Source: Lysobacterales bacterium
Lineage (GTDB): Bacteria; Pseudomonadota; Gammaproteobacteria; Xanthomonadales; SZUA-38
Length of the DNA: 64,000 nucleotides
Reading direction: 5' to 3'
Assembly: GCA_045106555.1 (NCBI GenBank)
Contig: JBGCET010000014.1
Location: forward strand, 193,997-257,996
In this document: in pieces, positions 9,512 to 19,941 of the stretch
Layout: the number at the start of each line of letters is the position of its first letter
How positions within the stretch are numbered: position 1 is the first letter of the stretch
The notes under the pieces: model-generated
Told to the model about the DNA's origin: nothing
The model's database searches: none
The model's input: the letters and a program-made list of their open reading frames with translations, nothing else
Program-made: the position numbers and the translations under genes

Positions 9512-10819
9512 TCAGGCGTGGCCACCTGCGCTGAGTGTGGTGTAAAGGAAACCCAGCAGGACAACGGCCACTGTGGGTGGAATCACCCAGCGAATCCAAA
9601 ACACGACAAACGGCCTGCGGCTATCCGGATCTACTTGAGATTGAGTGGCTGCTTGACCCATTCCCCAGCCCATCGCGGCAACCACAATTAGCGCGCCCAA
9701 CATGAACATCCCGGAACCAAAGATCGTATCCAGTGTGCCGATCCAGTGAGGGTTGAAGGCGATCGGGGTCACAATTAGCGCCATCACCCCGGCACATCCC
9801 AGCCCCAGCCAGCGTCGATGTGGCTTCAGTGGCCCCAGCTCCGAAAACCCGGTCTGCAAGGCGTTTAACGTGGCAATAAGCGTTAACAGGGCAACCGACA
9901 CCCAGGACGTCAGAAACACGCCCGCCAACACCCGTCCACCGGGGATTAGGCTGAATAATGTCGGCATGGTGTCGAACAAAAGACCTGGGCCTGCGGCCAT
10001 ATCGATGCCGTAGAGCAGCACCACCGGAACAATAAACAGGCTGGCCATCAGAGCCGCCATGACGTCCAGCGTACTGGTTGTGATGGCCGTGCCCAGCAAG
10101 CTTTGGCTTTGACGCATATAACTGCCCAGGACAACGCCGATAGTGCCGCTAAGCCCGACGGAGAAGCACGTTTGGCCTAACGCGGCAAACGCTACTTCGG
10201 CATTGAGTCGAGCAAAATCGAAACTGAGAAACTCCATCATCCGCGGCACCGCACCATCCAGTCTAAATACGGCGAATATGGTGTACAGCGCAGCCAGCGC
10301 GAAGGCGGGCACCAGCAGCATATTGGCCGCTTCAACGCCTCGCCGCAGTCCGCGGCTGACGATTAGCAAAGACACCACAATCACCAGAAGGCCAAACCCC
10401 CATTGCGTGGTGTGACTGGCCAGCCCTTCACGATAGCTGGCAAGGGATTGCTCGCTGAAGCCCTGTACAAAGGCAAACCAGGTGCTGTAGGCCACGTTGC
10501 CGATCACCAAAGCGTAGTAGCTGACAGTCACGAGAAGACTACACAGCAGGAGTGTGCCGATGATGGTACCCGGGGTTTTTCCGAACGCCTGGGAAAGAGC
10601 GCCAATAGGACCTTTGCCGGTGATACGGCCCAGCCCCCATTCGGCACAAAGCGCGGGGACTGCAAAGATCAGCATAAGTATCAGGTACATCAGCAGGAAA
10701 GCGCCACCGCCATGCTGACCCATCATGTAAGGAAAGCGCCACACGTTTCCCAGGCCAACGGCCATGCCGGTCATGGTTAACACGGTAGCCCACTGGGAGG
10801 AGAAGGTAGGGCGTGACAT
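9512..10819 (-). CDS. sodium-dependent transporter, neurotransmitter:sodium symporter (NSS/SNF) family
   Basis: GLGNVWRFPYMMGQHGGGAFLLMY signature near the N-terminus and a roughly 11-12 TM pattern. Confidence 0.9.
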   Translation of the reverse strand: MSRPTFSSQWATVLTMTGMAVGLGNVWRFPYMMGQHGGGAFLLMYLILMLIFAVPALCAEWGLGRITGKGPIGALSQAFGKTPGTIIGTLLLCSLLVTVSYYALVIGNVAYSTWFAFVQGFSEQSLASYREGLASHTTQWGFGLLVIVVSLLIVSRGLRRGVEAANMLLVPAFALAALYTIFAVFRLDGAVPRMMEFLSFDFARLNAEVAFAALGQTCFSVGLSGTIGVVLGSYMRQSQSLLGTAITTSTLDVMAALMASLFIVPVVLLYGIDMAAGPGLLFDTMPTLFSLIPGGRVLAGVFLTSWVSVALLTLIATLNALQTGFSELGPLKPHRRWLGLGCAGVMALIVTPIAFNPHWIGTLDTIFGSGMFMLGALIVVAAMGWGMGQAATQSQVDPDSRRPFVVFWIRWVIPPTVAVVLLGFLYTTLSAGGHA

Positions 10820-10844
10820 CTATCGAGAAATAACGTGCTGACTA

Positions 10845-10885
10845 CTTGCGGAGAAACAACACCCCGGCGGATAGCCCGCCGGGGT
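10845..10885 (-). terminator. probable intrinsic terminator after the TonB-dependent receptor gene
   Basis: On the minus strand, the CCCCGGCGGG-ctat-CCGCCGGGG hairpin is followed by TGTTGTTTCT. Confidence 0.6.
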
Positions 10886-10902
10886 TGGAAAAATACTGAC
10901 GA

Positions 10903-13317
10903 TTAGAAACGCCAGCTGGCCTGCAGCGCCACAGAGCGCGGTCGCTCTAAGAATGAGTACTGACTGTTGGAACCGAAGGTACCAGACAGCGGTACGGGGT
11001 TTGAATAGCGAATGACGTCTTCGTCATTCAAGTTTCGCGCCAGCAGTGCCAGTTCCCAGGTGTCGGCTGAGTTGCTCAGAGCCAGGCGCAGGTTGACTTT
11101 GGCATAAGCGTCCTGAACGGCCAGTGGGTCGTTGTTCTGGGCAGTGAAAAACTCGTCAGTGAAGTTGACGTCCAAATTGCTGCGAAAGACCAAGTTGCTG
11201 TTGATGTTGGTTTGGTATTCCACACCCACTGAACCTGAGTAGTCCGCCACGTACTGGTTGGTTTCGCCGGTGCGGTCACACAGTCGATCGCCTTCCGGAT
11301 CAGGCTCACCAAAGAAACACTGGCCGTTTTCGAAGCTCTTGAATTCAAAGTCGATAAAAGCCAGTGAGCCGTAAAGGCCAATAGAGTCGGTAACCTGCCA
11401 GCGACCATCAAGCTCCAGACCTTGCACATCCGCTTCCGCAGCGTTGCCAACGTTGAAACCCAAAGTACCGTCAAAAATACTGATCTGAAGGTCTTCATAG
11501 TTGGTGAAGAATGCCGCAGCATTTAGCTCAGCAGCGCCGCCGGCCAGACGCATTTTGGCGCCGATTTCCAGTGACTCAGCCTGCTCGTCTTCAAATTCGA
11601 AGGTGCCGTTTGGCAGCGTTCCAGGCGCAAAGATTCCAGGCACTCCGATGGCCGACGCGCCGGGAATGGAGTTAGACCGAGTATCAAAACCGCCAGCCTT
11701 AAAGCCTGTGGCAAACGAGGCGTAGAGCATGGTGTCGTCTGACACGTCCCACTGAGCGTTCAGCGAGAAATCCGTTGAGCTGTCGTCTCGCTCCCCGCGG
11801 AGGTTATGCCCCAGCACCTGGATGCCAAACAAATTGGCGTAGACCGCGGCCGCGGTGCCGAAACGCAAGGGGTCGGTTACCGGGTTAATCGGAGCGCCGG
11901 AGGCGAAGTCGGAAAGGATTATGTCTCGTGTGGCTTCCTTGGACTCATCGGTGTAGCGCAAGCCCAGGCTCAGTCGCAGAGTGTCCGAGACGTTCCAGGT
12001 AGCCTGACCAAAAATCGCCAGAGAGTCGGTCTCCTGGGTGAACGTTCGAGCCGCCGCGCTGTTCACAAATAGATCGCCGGCACCGGGAGCAACCAGCGAG
12101 TTGACCACGGGGCCCAAAATGCTGTTACCGGGCACGCCGGTAGAGTCCGGAGAGGACTGATCATTGGTTTGGTAAAACGCACCCACAATCCAGTCGACGG
12201 TTTCGCCGCCCGGTGAGGTGAGCCTGAGCTCCTGGGAGAATTGGTCGTAGTCTTCCTGCAGTGGGGCCAGGATCACGTTGGCACCGCTGAAGTCGCAGTC
12301 GCACAGCTCGCTGAACTCGTACTGCACATAACTGGTGATGGAGGCCAGCGTGAAATCGCCCCAGTCGTAGTCAACCGATAGCGTGAAGTTGTCTGATTCG
12401 TTCTCGCTGAAGTCGCCGTTAGAACTGCGCCGAAAATCTTGCGTAACGTCCAGCACTGAGGGATCTTGACCGAAGGCCAAGGCGAGGAACTGAGAATAGG
12501 GTATGGCCAACGGATTGGTTGGGATCGGACCCGGGAACGCGTAGGTGTCACCCACAATCTCCACCTGGCGTCCACGCACGTCAAACTCGTTGCGTTCAAA
12601 CTTCGCTGCAATACTCAATCGATCGGTGGGGTCCCAGGTAAGGGTGCCACGGACGGTTAACTCGTCGCGATTGGGCTCATCGCCGCCTAAGGTGAGGTTT
12701 TCAATGTAGCCATCCATGTCGCGCTTTCGAATGGAAAGGCGACCAGCAACAGTGTCGGTAATGCCACCGGACAAGATGGCGCTAATTTCGGTTTCGCCGT
12801 GCTCGGGCTCATACAGGGCAGACACTGAGCCTTCGAATTCGTCGGTAGGCCTCGCTGTGGTCAGGCTGATGGCGCCAGCAATACTGTTTTTGCCAAACAA
12901 AATACTTTGCGGGCCACGCAGCACCTCTACCCGCGCCATGTCGAACAGCGGGGACCGAGCCAACTGGCCGCGACCGTAATGCACACCATCGACAAACATG
13001 GATGAGGACTGCTCAAAGCCGGGGTTAATGCCGGAGCCAATACCGCGGATGTAAATATTGTTACCGATGCCGGTTTCCGACATGGTGAGGTTGGGGACGT
13101 AGTTCTGCAGGTCATCCAGCTTTTTCAAGCCCACTTCGTCCATTTTTCGACCGGTCACAACGTTGACCGATATCGGAACGTCCTGAAGGTTTTGCTCGCG
13201 CTTTTGCGCTGTGACTACAATTTCTTCCAGCTGTGCCTGGGCGGGCAGGGCCAGCCATACTCCAGCGGCGATCAGGGTCATACGGGTCATCGTAGACCGG
13301 CGTGGATGTGCGTTCAT
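10903..13317 (-). CDS. TonB-dependent outer-membrane receptor
   Basis: Signal peptide, plug region (EEIVVTAQKREQNLQDVPISV...RVEVLRGPQSILFGKNS), a long beta-barrel, and a terminal aromatic residue (ASWRF). Confidence 0.9.
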   Translation of the reverse strand: MNAHPRRSTMTRMTLIAAGVWLALPAQAQLEEIVVTAQKREQNLQDVPISVNVVTGRKMDEVGLKKLDDLQNYVPNLTMSETGIGNNIYIRGIGSGINPGFEQSSSMFVDGVHYGRGQLARSPLFDMARVEVLRGPQSILFGKNSIAGAISLTTARPTDEFEGSVSALYEPEHGETEISAILSGGITDTVAGRLSIRKRDMDGYIENLTLGGDEPNRDELTVRGTLTWDPTDRLSIAAKFERNEFDVRGRQVEIVGDTYAFPGPIPTNPLAIPYSQFLALAFGQDPSVLDVTQDFRRSSNGDFSENESDNFTLSVDYDWGDFTLASITSYVQYEFSELCDCDFSGANVILAPLQEDYDQFSQELRLTSPGGETVDWIVGAFYQTNDQSSPDSTGVPGNSILGPVVNSLVAPGAGDLFVNSAAARTFTQETDSLAIFGQATWNVSDTLRLSLGLRYTDESKEATRDIILSDFASGAPINPVTDPLRFGTAAAVYANLFGIQVLGHNLRGERDDSSTDFSLNAQWDVSDDTMLYASFATGFKAGGFDTRSNSIPGASAIGVPGIFAPGTLPNGTFEFEDEQAESLEIGAKMRLAGGAAELNAAAFFTNYEDLQISIFDGTLGFNVGNAAEADVQGLELDGRWQVTDSIGLYGSLAFIDFEFKSFENGQCFFGEPDPEGDRLCDRTGETNQYVADYSGSVGVEYQTNINSNLVFRSNLDVNFTDEFFTAQNNDPLAVQDAYAKVNLRLALSNSADTWELALLARNLNDEDVIRYSNPVPLSGTFGSNSQYSFLERPRSVALQASWRF

Positions 13318-13534
13318 AGTCCCCTCCAGGGGTTGTGGGTCAGTGTGCTCGTTATACGCTAATTGAGCATGTATTTGAACTGGCGTTTGAAAGTCAATTG
13401 ACGATTTAGCAGTGACTTACGAGAACGTCTGAGGGTTTGGTCTTAGTTCGCAGCTTTAATGGTCTAAGTCTTGCGGGATTGGATCTGGCGGGTCAAAATT
13501 TAGCCATGTTCCGACTGCTTGGAGTTTCGTTGTC

Positions 13535-15187
13535 ATGTCCCTTGCATTGTCTACGCCCCAGGCTTTCCTGTATCACCGTGAACGGGAATGTCCTGACACG
13601 CCGTTCCTGCATCAACCTTCAGAGCACGGAACGACGGTATTCACCTGGGGCGGCTGTGCCGCTCAGGCTCGCAGACTGGCCGCTGCGCTGCGCGCCATGG
13701 GCTTTGAACCCGGTGATCGAATCGGCATATTTTCTCGCAACTGTGCCGAGTGGATCATTGCCGATCTGGCGCTGATGGTGGGCGGGTACATCTCAGTTCC
13801 GATTTACTCATCAGCCAGCGAACACACCACCGCCCACACCTTGGCCGACTCGGGTGCCAAAGCCGTTTTTGTTGGCAAGCTGGACCATCCGGAAGAACAG
13901 GATCGGGGAATTGGCCGTGAAGTCGTGCGCATCGCCATGCCCTACCCAACATTGAATTGTCATCATCAGTGGCAGGATTTGCTAGATGCCCATGAACCGC
14001 TGACGGATAGCTTTGAACCGAACCCGGACGATGTCATGACGCTGCTTTACACCTCTGGCAGCACCGGCAAGCCGAAAGGGGCAGTGCACAGCTATCGCAA
14101 TTTCATGTACGCCGGTGAGCATATTGGTGCCGCCATGGGCCTAGACGCCGATGGCCGCCTGCTGTCGTATTTGCCTCTGGCCCACTGCACCGAACGGGCC
14201 TATGTAGAAGCCGCTTCCATCGTTTATCAGCCCCAGCTGTGGTTTGTCCATTCGGTAGAAAAATTCAGCGACGCTCTGGTTGCCTGTCAGCCCACGGTGT
14301 TCGGTTCGGTGCCGCGACTGTGGAAAATTTTTCAGCTTCAAATTCTGGCTAAGATTCCTGCCAACCGGTTGGCGTTGCTGCTCAAAATTCCGTTGATCAG
14401 CGCGCTGGTGAAAAAACGTATCAGACGCCAGATGGGGCTGTCGGATTCCCGCTGGTTTATGAGTGGGTCGGCGCCCATCGCCGGTGCGCTGCTGGACTGG
14501 TGGCAGGCCTTGGACATGCCATTGTCGGAAGGGTGGGGCATGACGGAGACTTTTGCCTATGGCACGTTGCTGCCTTTGGGTGGGGACATTCGACGAGGAA
14601 CGATTGGCAAAGCCTGCGCTGGAACAACGCTTCGATTAACCCAGGCGGGTGAACTGGAAATATTCACAGAGACGCTGATGTCTGGTTACTACAACGCGCC
14701 GGAAAAAACCGCGGAGAGCTTTACGGAAGATGGTTTTTTTCGCACCGGCGACCGAGCCGAAATTGATAGCGAGGGCTACGTCAAAATTACCGGCAGGGTG
14801 AAGGACATCTTCAAAACGGCCAAGGGGAAGTACGTTGCGCCGGTGCCCATAGAAAGTCGGCTGGGGCGAAACTCCCATGCGGACCTGGTTTGCCTGGTAG
14901 GTTCAGGGTTGACCCAGCCCGTGGCGCTTGTGGTGTTGTCCGAATCGTCCAGGGGACTGGACCAGGAGGCGTTGTCCCAGAGCCTGAATGCCACCCGACT
15001 TGAGGTCAATGCCAGTCTGGAAAGCCACGAGAAAATTGATCACATGTTGGTAGTGCCCGAGGTATGGGATACGGGAAATGGGCTGCTGACACCCACCCTG
15101 AAAGTTCGTCGGCATACGGTAGAGAAACGTTATGCCGAGGCATTGGCCAGCGGTCATGACAAGCCGGTGGTTTTTTTGCTGAAATAA
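13535..15187 (+). CDS. AMP-dependent synthetase/ligase (long-chain acyl-CoA synthetase-like)
   Basis: YTSGSTGKPKG AMP-binding motif plus the GWGMTE and TGDRAEIDSEGYVKITGRVKD motifs. Confidence 0.85.
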   Translation: MSLALSTPQAFLYHRERECPDTPFLHQPSEHGTTVFTWGGCAAQARRLAAALRAMGFEPGDRIGIFSRNCAEWIIADLALMVGGYISVPIYSSASEHTTAHTLADSGAKAVFVGKLDHPEEQDRGIGREVVRIAMPYPTLNCHHQWQDLLDAHEPLTDSFEPNPDDVMTLLYTSGSTGKPKGAVHSYRNFMYAGEHIGAAMGLDADGRLLSYLPLAHCTERAYVEAASIVYQPQLWFVHSVEKFSDALVACQPTVFGSVPRLWKIFQLQILAKIPANRLALLLKIPLISALVKKRIRRQMGLSDSRWFMSGSAPIAGALLDWWQALDMPLSEGWGMTETFAYGTLLPLGGDIRRGTIGKACAGTTLRLTQAGELEIFTETLMSGYYNAPEKTAESFTEDGFFRTGDRAEIDSEGYVKITGRVKDIFKTAKGKYVAPVPIESRLGRNSHADLVCLVGSGLTQPVALVVLSESSRGLDQEALSQSLNATRLEVNASLESHEKIDHMLVVPEVWDTGNGLLTPTLKVRRHTVEKRYAEALASGHDKPVVFLLK

Positions 15188-15276
15188 ATCTGCGGTTTTG
15201 CAGGTCTGTTACCGGGATAGAACGCTGTATTGACTGCCGCCAGCGAGCGGTCCACCTGTAAATACTGGAATGTGAC

Positions 15277-15924
15277 ATGACCAAAGCCACCTCTTTTGCC
15301 GCTGCTGTGCTGGCGTGCGCTGCCTTTTTCGGCGTAGCCCTGGCCGAAGTGCCTAACGATGCCAACGACGTGAAACCGTTGTTGCCGGGTTTAACAGCTC
15401 CGATGTTTTCCGCCGTAACCGCCACCGGCGATACGTTCAGCCTGGATCCAGACAACATGCAGCGCCCGGCGGTGCTGATTTTTTATCGCGGCGGATGGTG
15501 CCCGTTCTGCAATCTGTATTGGTCTAAGCTCCGTGAGATTGAAGACGAGCTGATTGCGCTGAATCAGGACGTTGTGTTTATCAGCCCCGATCGCGTCGAA
15601 CTGTTGGCCGAGGCTCTGGCTGATGAGGACGACCAACCCTCCTATCAGTTGGCGTCCGATGCTGATTCCAAAATTGCTGAGGCATTTGGTATTGCGTTCA
15701 AAGTCGACCCTGAAACCCACAAACGGTACGAGGAATATTCGACTTTCCTGGAAGAGAAGTCGGGTTTTGATCACCACCAGCTACCTGCGCCTGCGGTATT
15801 TATCGTTGATACCGATGGCGTGATCAAATTCAGCTATGTGAATCCGGATTATAAAGTTCGATTGCACCCTGACGTGTTAATGGCCGCCGCCAGCAACCTG
15901 TCGGGTTTTACTCTGAAGCGATAA
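15277..15924 (+). CDS. exported thioredoxin-fold protein, AhpC/TSA (peroxiredoxin-like) family
   Basis: Signal peptide and the FYRGGWCPFCN active-site-like string. Confidence 0.8.
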   Translation: MTKATSFAAAVLACAAFFGVALAEVPNDANDVKPLLPGLTAPMFSAVTATGDTFSLDPDNMQRPAVLIFYRGGWCPFCNLYWSKLREIEDELIALNQDVVFISPDRVELLAEALADEDDQPSYQLASDADSKIAEAFGIAFKVDPETHKRYEEYSTFLEEKSGFDHHQLPAPAVFIVDTDGVIKFSYVNPDYKVRLHPDVLMAAASNLSGFTLKR

Positions 15925-15996
15925 CATCCAGAAATTCGCCCTGCAGACAGCCACATACGCGGGCTGTTTGCAGGGGATACCAGCATGCTGCGTGAC

Positions 15997-16016
15997 TACT
16001 GTATAAAAACACAGTA
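15997..16016. promoter_or_regulatory. LexA (SOS) box
   Basis: TACTGTATAAAAACACAGTA has CTGT-N8-ACAG intact and matches the gammaproteobacterial consensus TACTGTATATATATACAGTA at 17/20 positions. It ends 3 nt before the first ATG of the radical SAM ORF. Confidence 0.7.
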
Positions 16017-16018
16017 CA

Positions 16019-17095
16019 ATGCGCTGCATGAGAGGACGCGGCGCTTTATCCAACCCCGAAGGACGTTTTAACGTTCACCATCACGTGCCTGATCCGGATG
16101 TAGATCTGGGGCCTAACCTTGAGTGCGGCTCCCGATCGGCAAGGCTGGTCACGCGGGTGAGAAGCGAGCCCAGCAGGCGGGTCATCAGTCGCAATAATTC
16201 TTCAGATATTCCCTTTAATTTGTCGGTAAATCCCTACCGGGGTTGTGAGCACGGTTGCATTTACTGTTATGCCCGGCCTGGCCACGCTTATCTTGGGCTG
16301 TCCCCCGGTTTGGATTTTGAAACGCAGATATTTGCCAAACCTCAGGCACCCCAGCGTTTGGAACAGGAGCTACGGGCGCCAAGTTATCAGTGCCAGGTGA
16401 TTGCCATGGGCGCAAACACCGATGCGTACCAGCCGGCAGAGCGTCGATTGGGCATCACCCGACAGTTGCTCAAAGTGATGAATCGATTCTCTCAGCCCGT
16501 TAGTCTGATAACAAAAAGCAGTCTCATACTCAGAGACAAGGCACTGCTGTCGGCGATGGCCCGGCGCAGACTGGCCCAGGTATCTGTGAGTGTCACGTCT
16601 CTGTGTGAAGAGACCAAACGCCGTCTGGAGCCACGCACGGCCTCGGCCCAGGTGCGTTTGAAGGTCATACGAGAACTGACCGAGGCCGGTATTCCGGTGA
16701 ACGTGATGGTTGCACCGGTCATTCCTAAGATTACTGAGCACGAAATGGAAGACATTTTAGGCGCAGCCGCTGAGGCCGGCGCGGTGTCAGCCAGTTACAT
16801 CCTGTTGAGACTACCGGGAGAACTGGAGTCGCTTTTTGCTCAGTGGCTGGAAGAACACTACCCCAACCGTCAACAGGCGGTGATGAATCTACTGAGGCAA
16901 TGCCACGGTGGTGATGTGTACCGAGGCGGGTTTGGTCGCCGAATGCGCGGGCAGGGGCCGTTTGCCGACTTGTATGCGCAGCGATTTGCCAAAGCCAGTA
17001 AACGCTGCGGTCTTGCAAGAAGAGAAATCGACCTGGACACCGCCGCCTTCAGCCCGCCTGCGCAGGCGGGCGATCAAATGACCCTTGCGCTGTAG
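16019..17095 (+). CDS. PA0069-family radical SAM protein (SplB/COG1533 DNA-repair-photolyase-like)
   Basis: CEHGCIYCY (CxxxCxxC) cluster motif and the N-terminal RGRGALSNPEGRF typical of the family. The start may instead be the ATG at 16028. Confidence 0.85.
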   Translation: MRCMRGRGALSNPEGRFNVHHHVPDPDVDLGPNLECGSRSARLVTRVRSEPSRRVISRNNSSDIPFNLSVNPYRGCEHGCIYCYARPGHAYLGLSPGLDFETQIFAKPQAPQRLEQELRAPSYQCQVIAMGANTDAYQPAERRLGITRQLLKVMNRFSQPVSLITKSSLILRDKALLSAMARRRLAQVSVSVTSLCEETKRRLEPRTASAQVRLKVIRELTEAGIPVNVMVAPVIPKITEHEMEDILGAAAEAGAVSASYILLRLPGELESLFAQWLEEHYPNRQQAVMNLLRQCHGGDVYRGGFGRRMRGQGPFADLYAQRFAKASKRCGLARREIDLDTAAFSPPAQAGDQMTLAL

Positions 17096-17100
17096 CGGTA

Positions 17101-18486
17101 TTACACGTCCAGAGTGAGTCCTGGGCGCGACACTTTGGCCCGGGTGCCGGTGGTTTTTTTGAGGGTTTTGGCAAACGCTTTCCCGGCGTCAACCTCCCCA
17201 TGAACCAGGTAAACCGGCGGCTTATTGCTGATACCTTTATACCAGCGCAAAAGATCGCCCTGGTCGGCGTGAGCTGACAGTCCTCCAACCGTATGGATAT
17301 TGGCCGCGACACGAACTGGCTGGCCATGGATTTTGACATAGTCATTTCGATCAACAATCTTACGACCGGTGGACCCCGGCGCCTGATAACCGACAAATAC
17401 GACGTGGGACTGGGGCCGCCACAGATTGTGCTTTAAGTGATGCATGATGCGTCCTCCGGTGCACATACCGCTGCCGGCGATGATGATGGCGCCACTTTCG
17501 ATACGGTTCAGTGCTTGGGACTCTTCCCGGCTGCGTGATAGCTGTAGGTTTGGCAGCGGTGGCATTTGCTCCAGTTTGACCAGCTCCTTGGCTTCCTCGT
17601 CATACAGGTGGGGGTAGTTCCAGTAAATGTTGCTGGCCTGAATGGCCAACGGGCTGTCTAGAAAAACCTGCCAGCGGTCAATACCCCATTCCTCATAGTG
17701 CATGCCCAGCTGGTACAAGATTTCCTGAGAACGGCCTACCGCGAACGCGGGAATGAGAATGTTGCCTTTGCCTGCCTTGGCGGCGGCAATCACGTCACCA
17801 ATCTCTTTTACCGTATGGCGGCGATCGCGGTGATGACGGCTGCCATAGGTGGACTCCATTAACACCAAATCCGCCTTTTTGGGTGACACCGGGTCTCGCA
17901 GAATGGGAGTGTCGTATTGGCCCAGGTCGCCACTGAAAACGAGTCTGCGTTTGCCTTTCGACGTTTCCCCCTCAATCTCAACAACGGCGGAGCCCATGAT
18001 ATGGCCAGCGTCCAGATAGCGCGCACGCAGGCCCTTGCCAATCTCAAACCACGTTCGGTAAGGCTGGCCTGTCAGCAAATGCACAGCGTCGTTTGCGTCA
18101 GATTCGCGATAGAGGGGCTTAACCAGCGGTTTGCCCTGGCGGCGGCGCCTGCGGTTTTTTCGCTCTGCGTCCATTTCTTGCAAAAAAGCGCTGTCTGCCA
18201 ACAAGATACGGGTCAAATCCTTACTGGCATTTTGCGCGTAGATGGGCCCGGAGAAACCGCGCTTTACCAGTAATGGAAGCCTGCCACAGTGGTCAATATG
18301 GGCGTGGCTCAAGACCACGGCATCAATATCGGCCGGATTGAAGGGGAAAGGGTCGAAATTGCGCAGATTGTTTTTTTTGCCACCTTGGATCAGGCCGCAG
18401 TCCAATAAAATCTGCTGGCCGCCGCAACGCAATATGTGACAGGAGCCAGTGACTTCGCCTGCCGCGCCAAAAAATTCCAGTTGCAT
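17101..18486 (-). CDS. MBL-fold beta-CASP hydrolase (RNA-metabolising metallo-beta-lactamase family)
   Basis: HAHIDHCG motif. The start MQLEFFGAAGEVTGSCH is typical of beta-CASP proteins. The ORF track start at 18552 adds 22 non-conserved residues. Confidence 0.85.
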   Translation of the reverse strand: MQLEFFGAAGEVTGSCHILRCGGQQILLDCGLIQGGKKNNLRNFDPFPFNPADIDAVVLSHAHIDHCGRLPLLVKRGFSGPIYAQNASKDLTRILLADSAFLQEMDAERKNRRRRRQGKPLVKPLYRESDANDAVHLLTGQPYRTWFEIGKGLRARYLDAGHIMGSAVVEIEGETSKGKRRLVFSGDLGQYDTPILRDPVSPKKADLVLMESTYGSRHHRDRRHTVKEIGDVIAAAKAGKGNILIPAFAVGRSQEILYQLGMHYEEWGIDRWQVFLDSPLAIQASNIYWNYPHLYDEEAKELVKLEQMPPLPNLQLSRSREESQALNRIESGAIIIAGSGMCTGGRIMHHLKHNLWRPQSHVVFVGYQAPGSTGRKIVDRNDYVKIHGQPVRVAANIHTVGGLSAHADQGDLLRWYKGISNKPPVYLVHGEVDAGKAFAKTLKKTTGTRAKVSRPGLTLDV

Positions 18487-18628
18487 GGATGGGGGTTCCT
18501 GTTTCACTTCGGTTGTTAGGTAATTCGTGAAGGGGTCAGCATGCCAGTACACGTTTAGCGTACGGAAGTTTACACGCAGGACGCACCCGGTCTACACCCT
18601 GAGTATTCTCAGAAACCCCATTAATTGG

Positions 18629-19531
18629 CTAACCATTGATGGTATCCAGCAGTCGCTTGCCCAGGGCATCCCGGCGACGCCCCGTCACGGCCTGCCCGCT
18701 GCCCGCGCGCAAATTCTGCGCCATGTGTTCCGGGTTTGAGGTGGCTGGAATGACGACGGTGACGGCCTCGTGTCCAACCACATATTTCAGCATGAGCTCT
18801 GACCAGCTATTGCAGTCGTACTCCTGAGCCCAAGGGGGCAGAGGGAGCCCGGCTAGTCGCCTAAACACCGACCCGCCCTCGAAGGGCCGATTGACGATTA
18901 CTGCGACGTTGTGATCTGCCGCAACAGGCAGGACAGTTTCCTGGGCCGCTGGGCTGGCGACCGAGTAGTTAATTTGTACAAAGTCCAGCGGCTCGGTGCG
19001 AATTACTTCTGCTAACCTCTCGTGAGCACTTGCTTGGTAATGAGTGACGCCGACATAACGTATGCGCCCCTGAGCCTGGCGCTCCCGGATGGTCTTGAGC
19101 TGAGTCTTGAGGTCAAGCAGATTGTGCACCTGCATCAGGTCGATGGTTTGGCGATGGAGTAATTTCGCCGAGGTATCCATTTGCCTTTGGCCTTGTTCTT
19201 TTCCTTCAGTCCAGACCTTGGTCGCCATGAACAATTGGTCAGAGACCTTCAGCTGTCTGGCAATGCTGCCCAACATGGCCTCAGATCGTCCGTACATGGG
19301 GCTGCTGTCCACCAACTGGCCGCCGCTGTTGCAGAACAGCGACAAAACCTTCCTTAGCTGGGCAATGGATGGATCGTTTGGGGGGACATCAAAGGTTTGC
19401 CAGGTGCCCATGCCGATGACCGGCAACTCCAGAGATCCAGCTCGTCTGCTGATCATGGCGCCTGCGTTGGGTAGGGCGGTAGCTGCCGCCAAGCCTGCGG
19501 CACAGCCGGCAATGAGGTGTCTTCGGCGCAT
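18629..19531 (-). CDS. aldo/keto reductase with Tat-type signal peptide
   Basis: MRRRHLIAGCAAGLAAATA twin-arginine leader followed by an AKR core (GMGTW..., VHNL, YVGVTHY). Confidence 0.85.
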   Translation of the reverse strand: MRRRHLIAGCAAGLAAATALPNAGAMISRRAGSLELPVIGMGTWQTFDVPPNDPSIAQLRKVLSLFCNSGGQLVDSSPMYGRSEAMLGSIARQLKVSDQLFMATKVWTEGKEQGQRQMDTSAKLLHRQTIDLMQVHNLLDLKTQLKTIRERQAQGRIRYVGVTHYQASAHERLAEVIRTEPLDFVQINYSVASPAAQETVLPVAADHNVAVIVNRPFEGGSVFRRLAGLPLPPWAQEYDCNSWSELMLKYVVGHEAVTVVIPATSNPEHMAQNLRAGSGQAVTGRRRDALGKRLLDTING

Positions 19532-19622
19532 GGGTTCTACCATAGCAGATCGTTGACAGCGGCTATCCAATCGCGCAGCATACGAATTGTTTCGTAAAAA
19601 TGATCAATTTCAGGAGAAAACC

Positions 19623-19922
19623 ATGAAAATGCCGATTCTGGCGCTGATTTGCGTCACCTTTCTGGCCGGTTGTGCCAGCAGCGGTGGTTCCACTACGGCG
19701 GACACTGCTTCTGACAGCAAGCAGGCGGTCGCCAGCCAGGAGACGGCAACCGGCAAATCTCGGTTGGTTTGTAAGCGCGAAAAACCAATTGGCTCTAACC
19801 GGGTGGTGAAAACTTGTCGTACAAAAGATGAGTGGGACGCAGATGCGGTGCGGACCCAGTCAGCCATGGGGCGCCAGATGGGACGCGGCGGTGCCTGCGC
19901 CGATTGTGGTGGCGACGGCTAG
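19623..19922 (+). CDS. small lipoprotein, function unknown
   Basis: MKMPILALICVTFLAGC lipobox. AGGAGA lies 6 nt upstream of the ATG at 19623. A strong terminator follows. Confidence 0.65.
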   Translation: MKMPILALICVTFLAGCASSGGSTTADTASDSKQAVASQETATGKSRLVCKREKPIGSNRVVKTCRTKDEWDADAVRTQSAMGRQMGRGGACADCGGDG

Positions 19923-19941
19923 TACTTTTCTGATGGGTTAC

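Noticed and set aside
13393-13402. Perfect 10-bp palindrome GTCAATTGAC between the TonB-dependent receptor and acyl-CoA ligase genes, considered as an operator or Fur box.
   Set aside because: By simple odds, dozens of 10-bp palindromes are expected by chance in 64 kb. It bears no resemblance to the Fur consensus, and there is no second copy.
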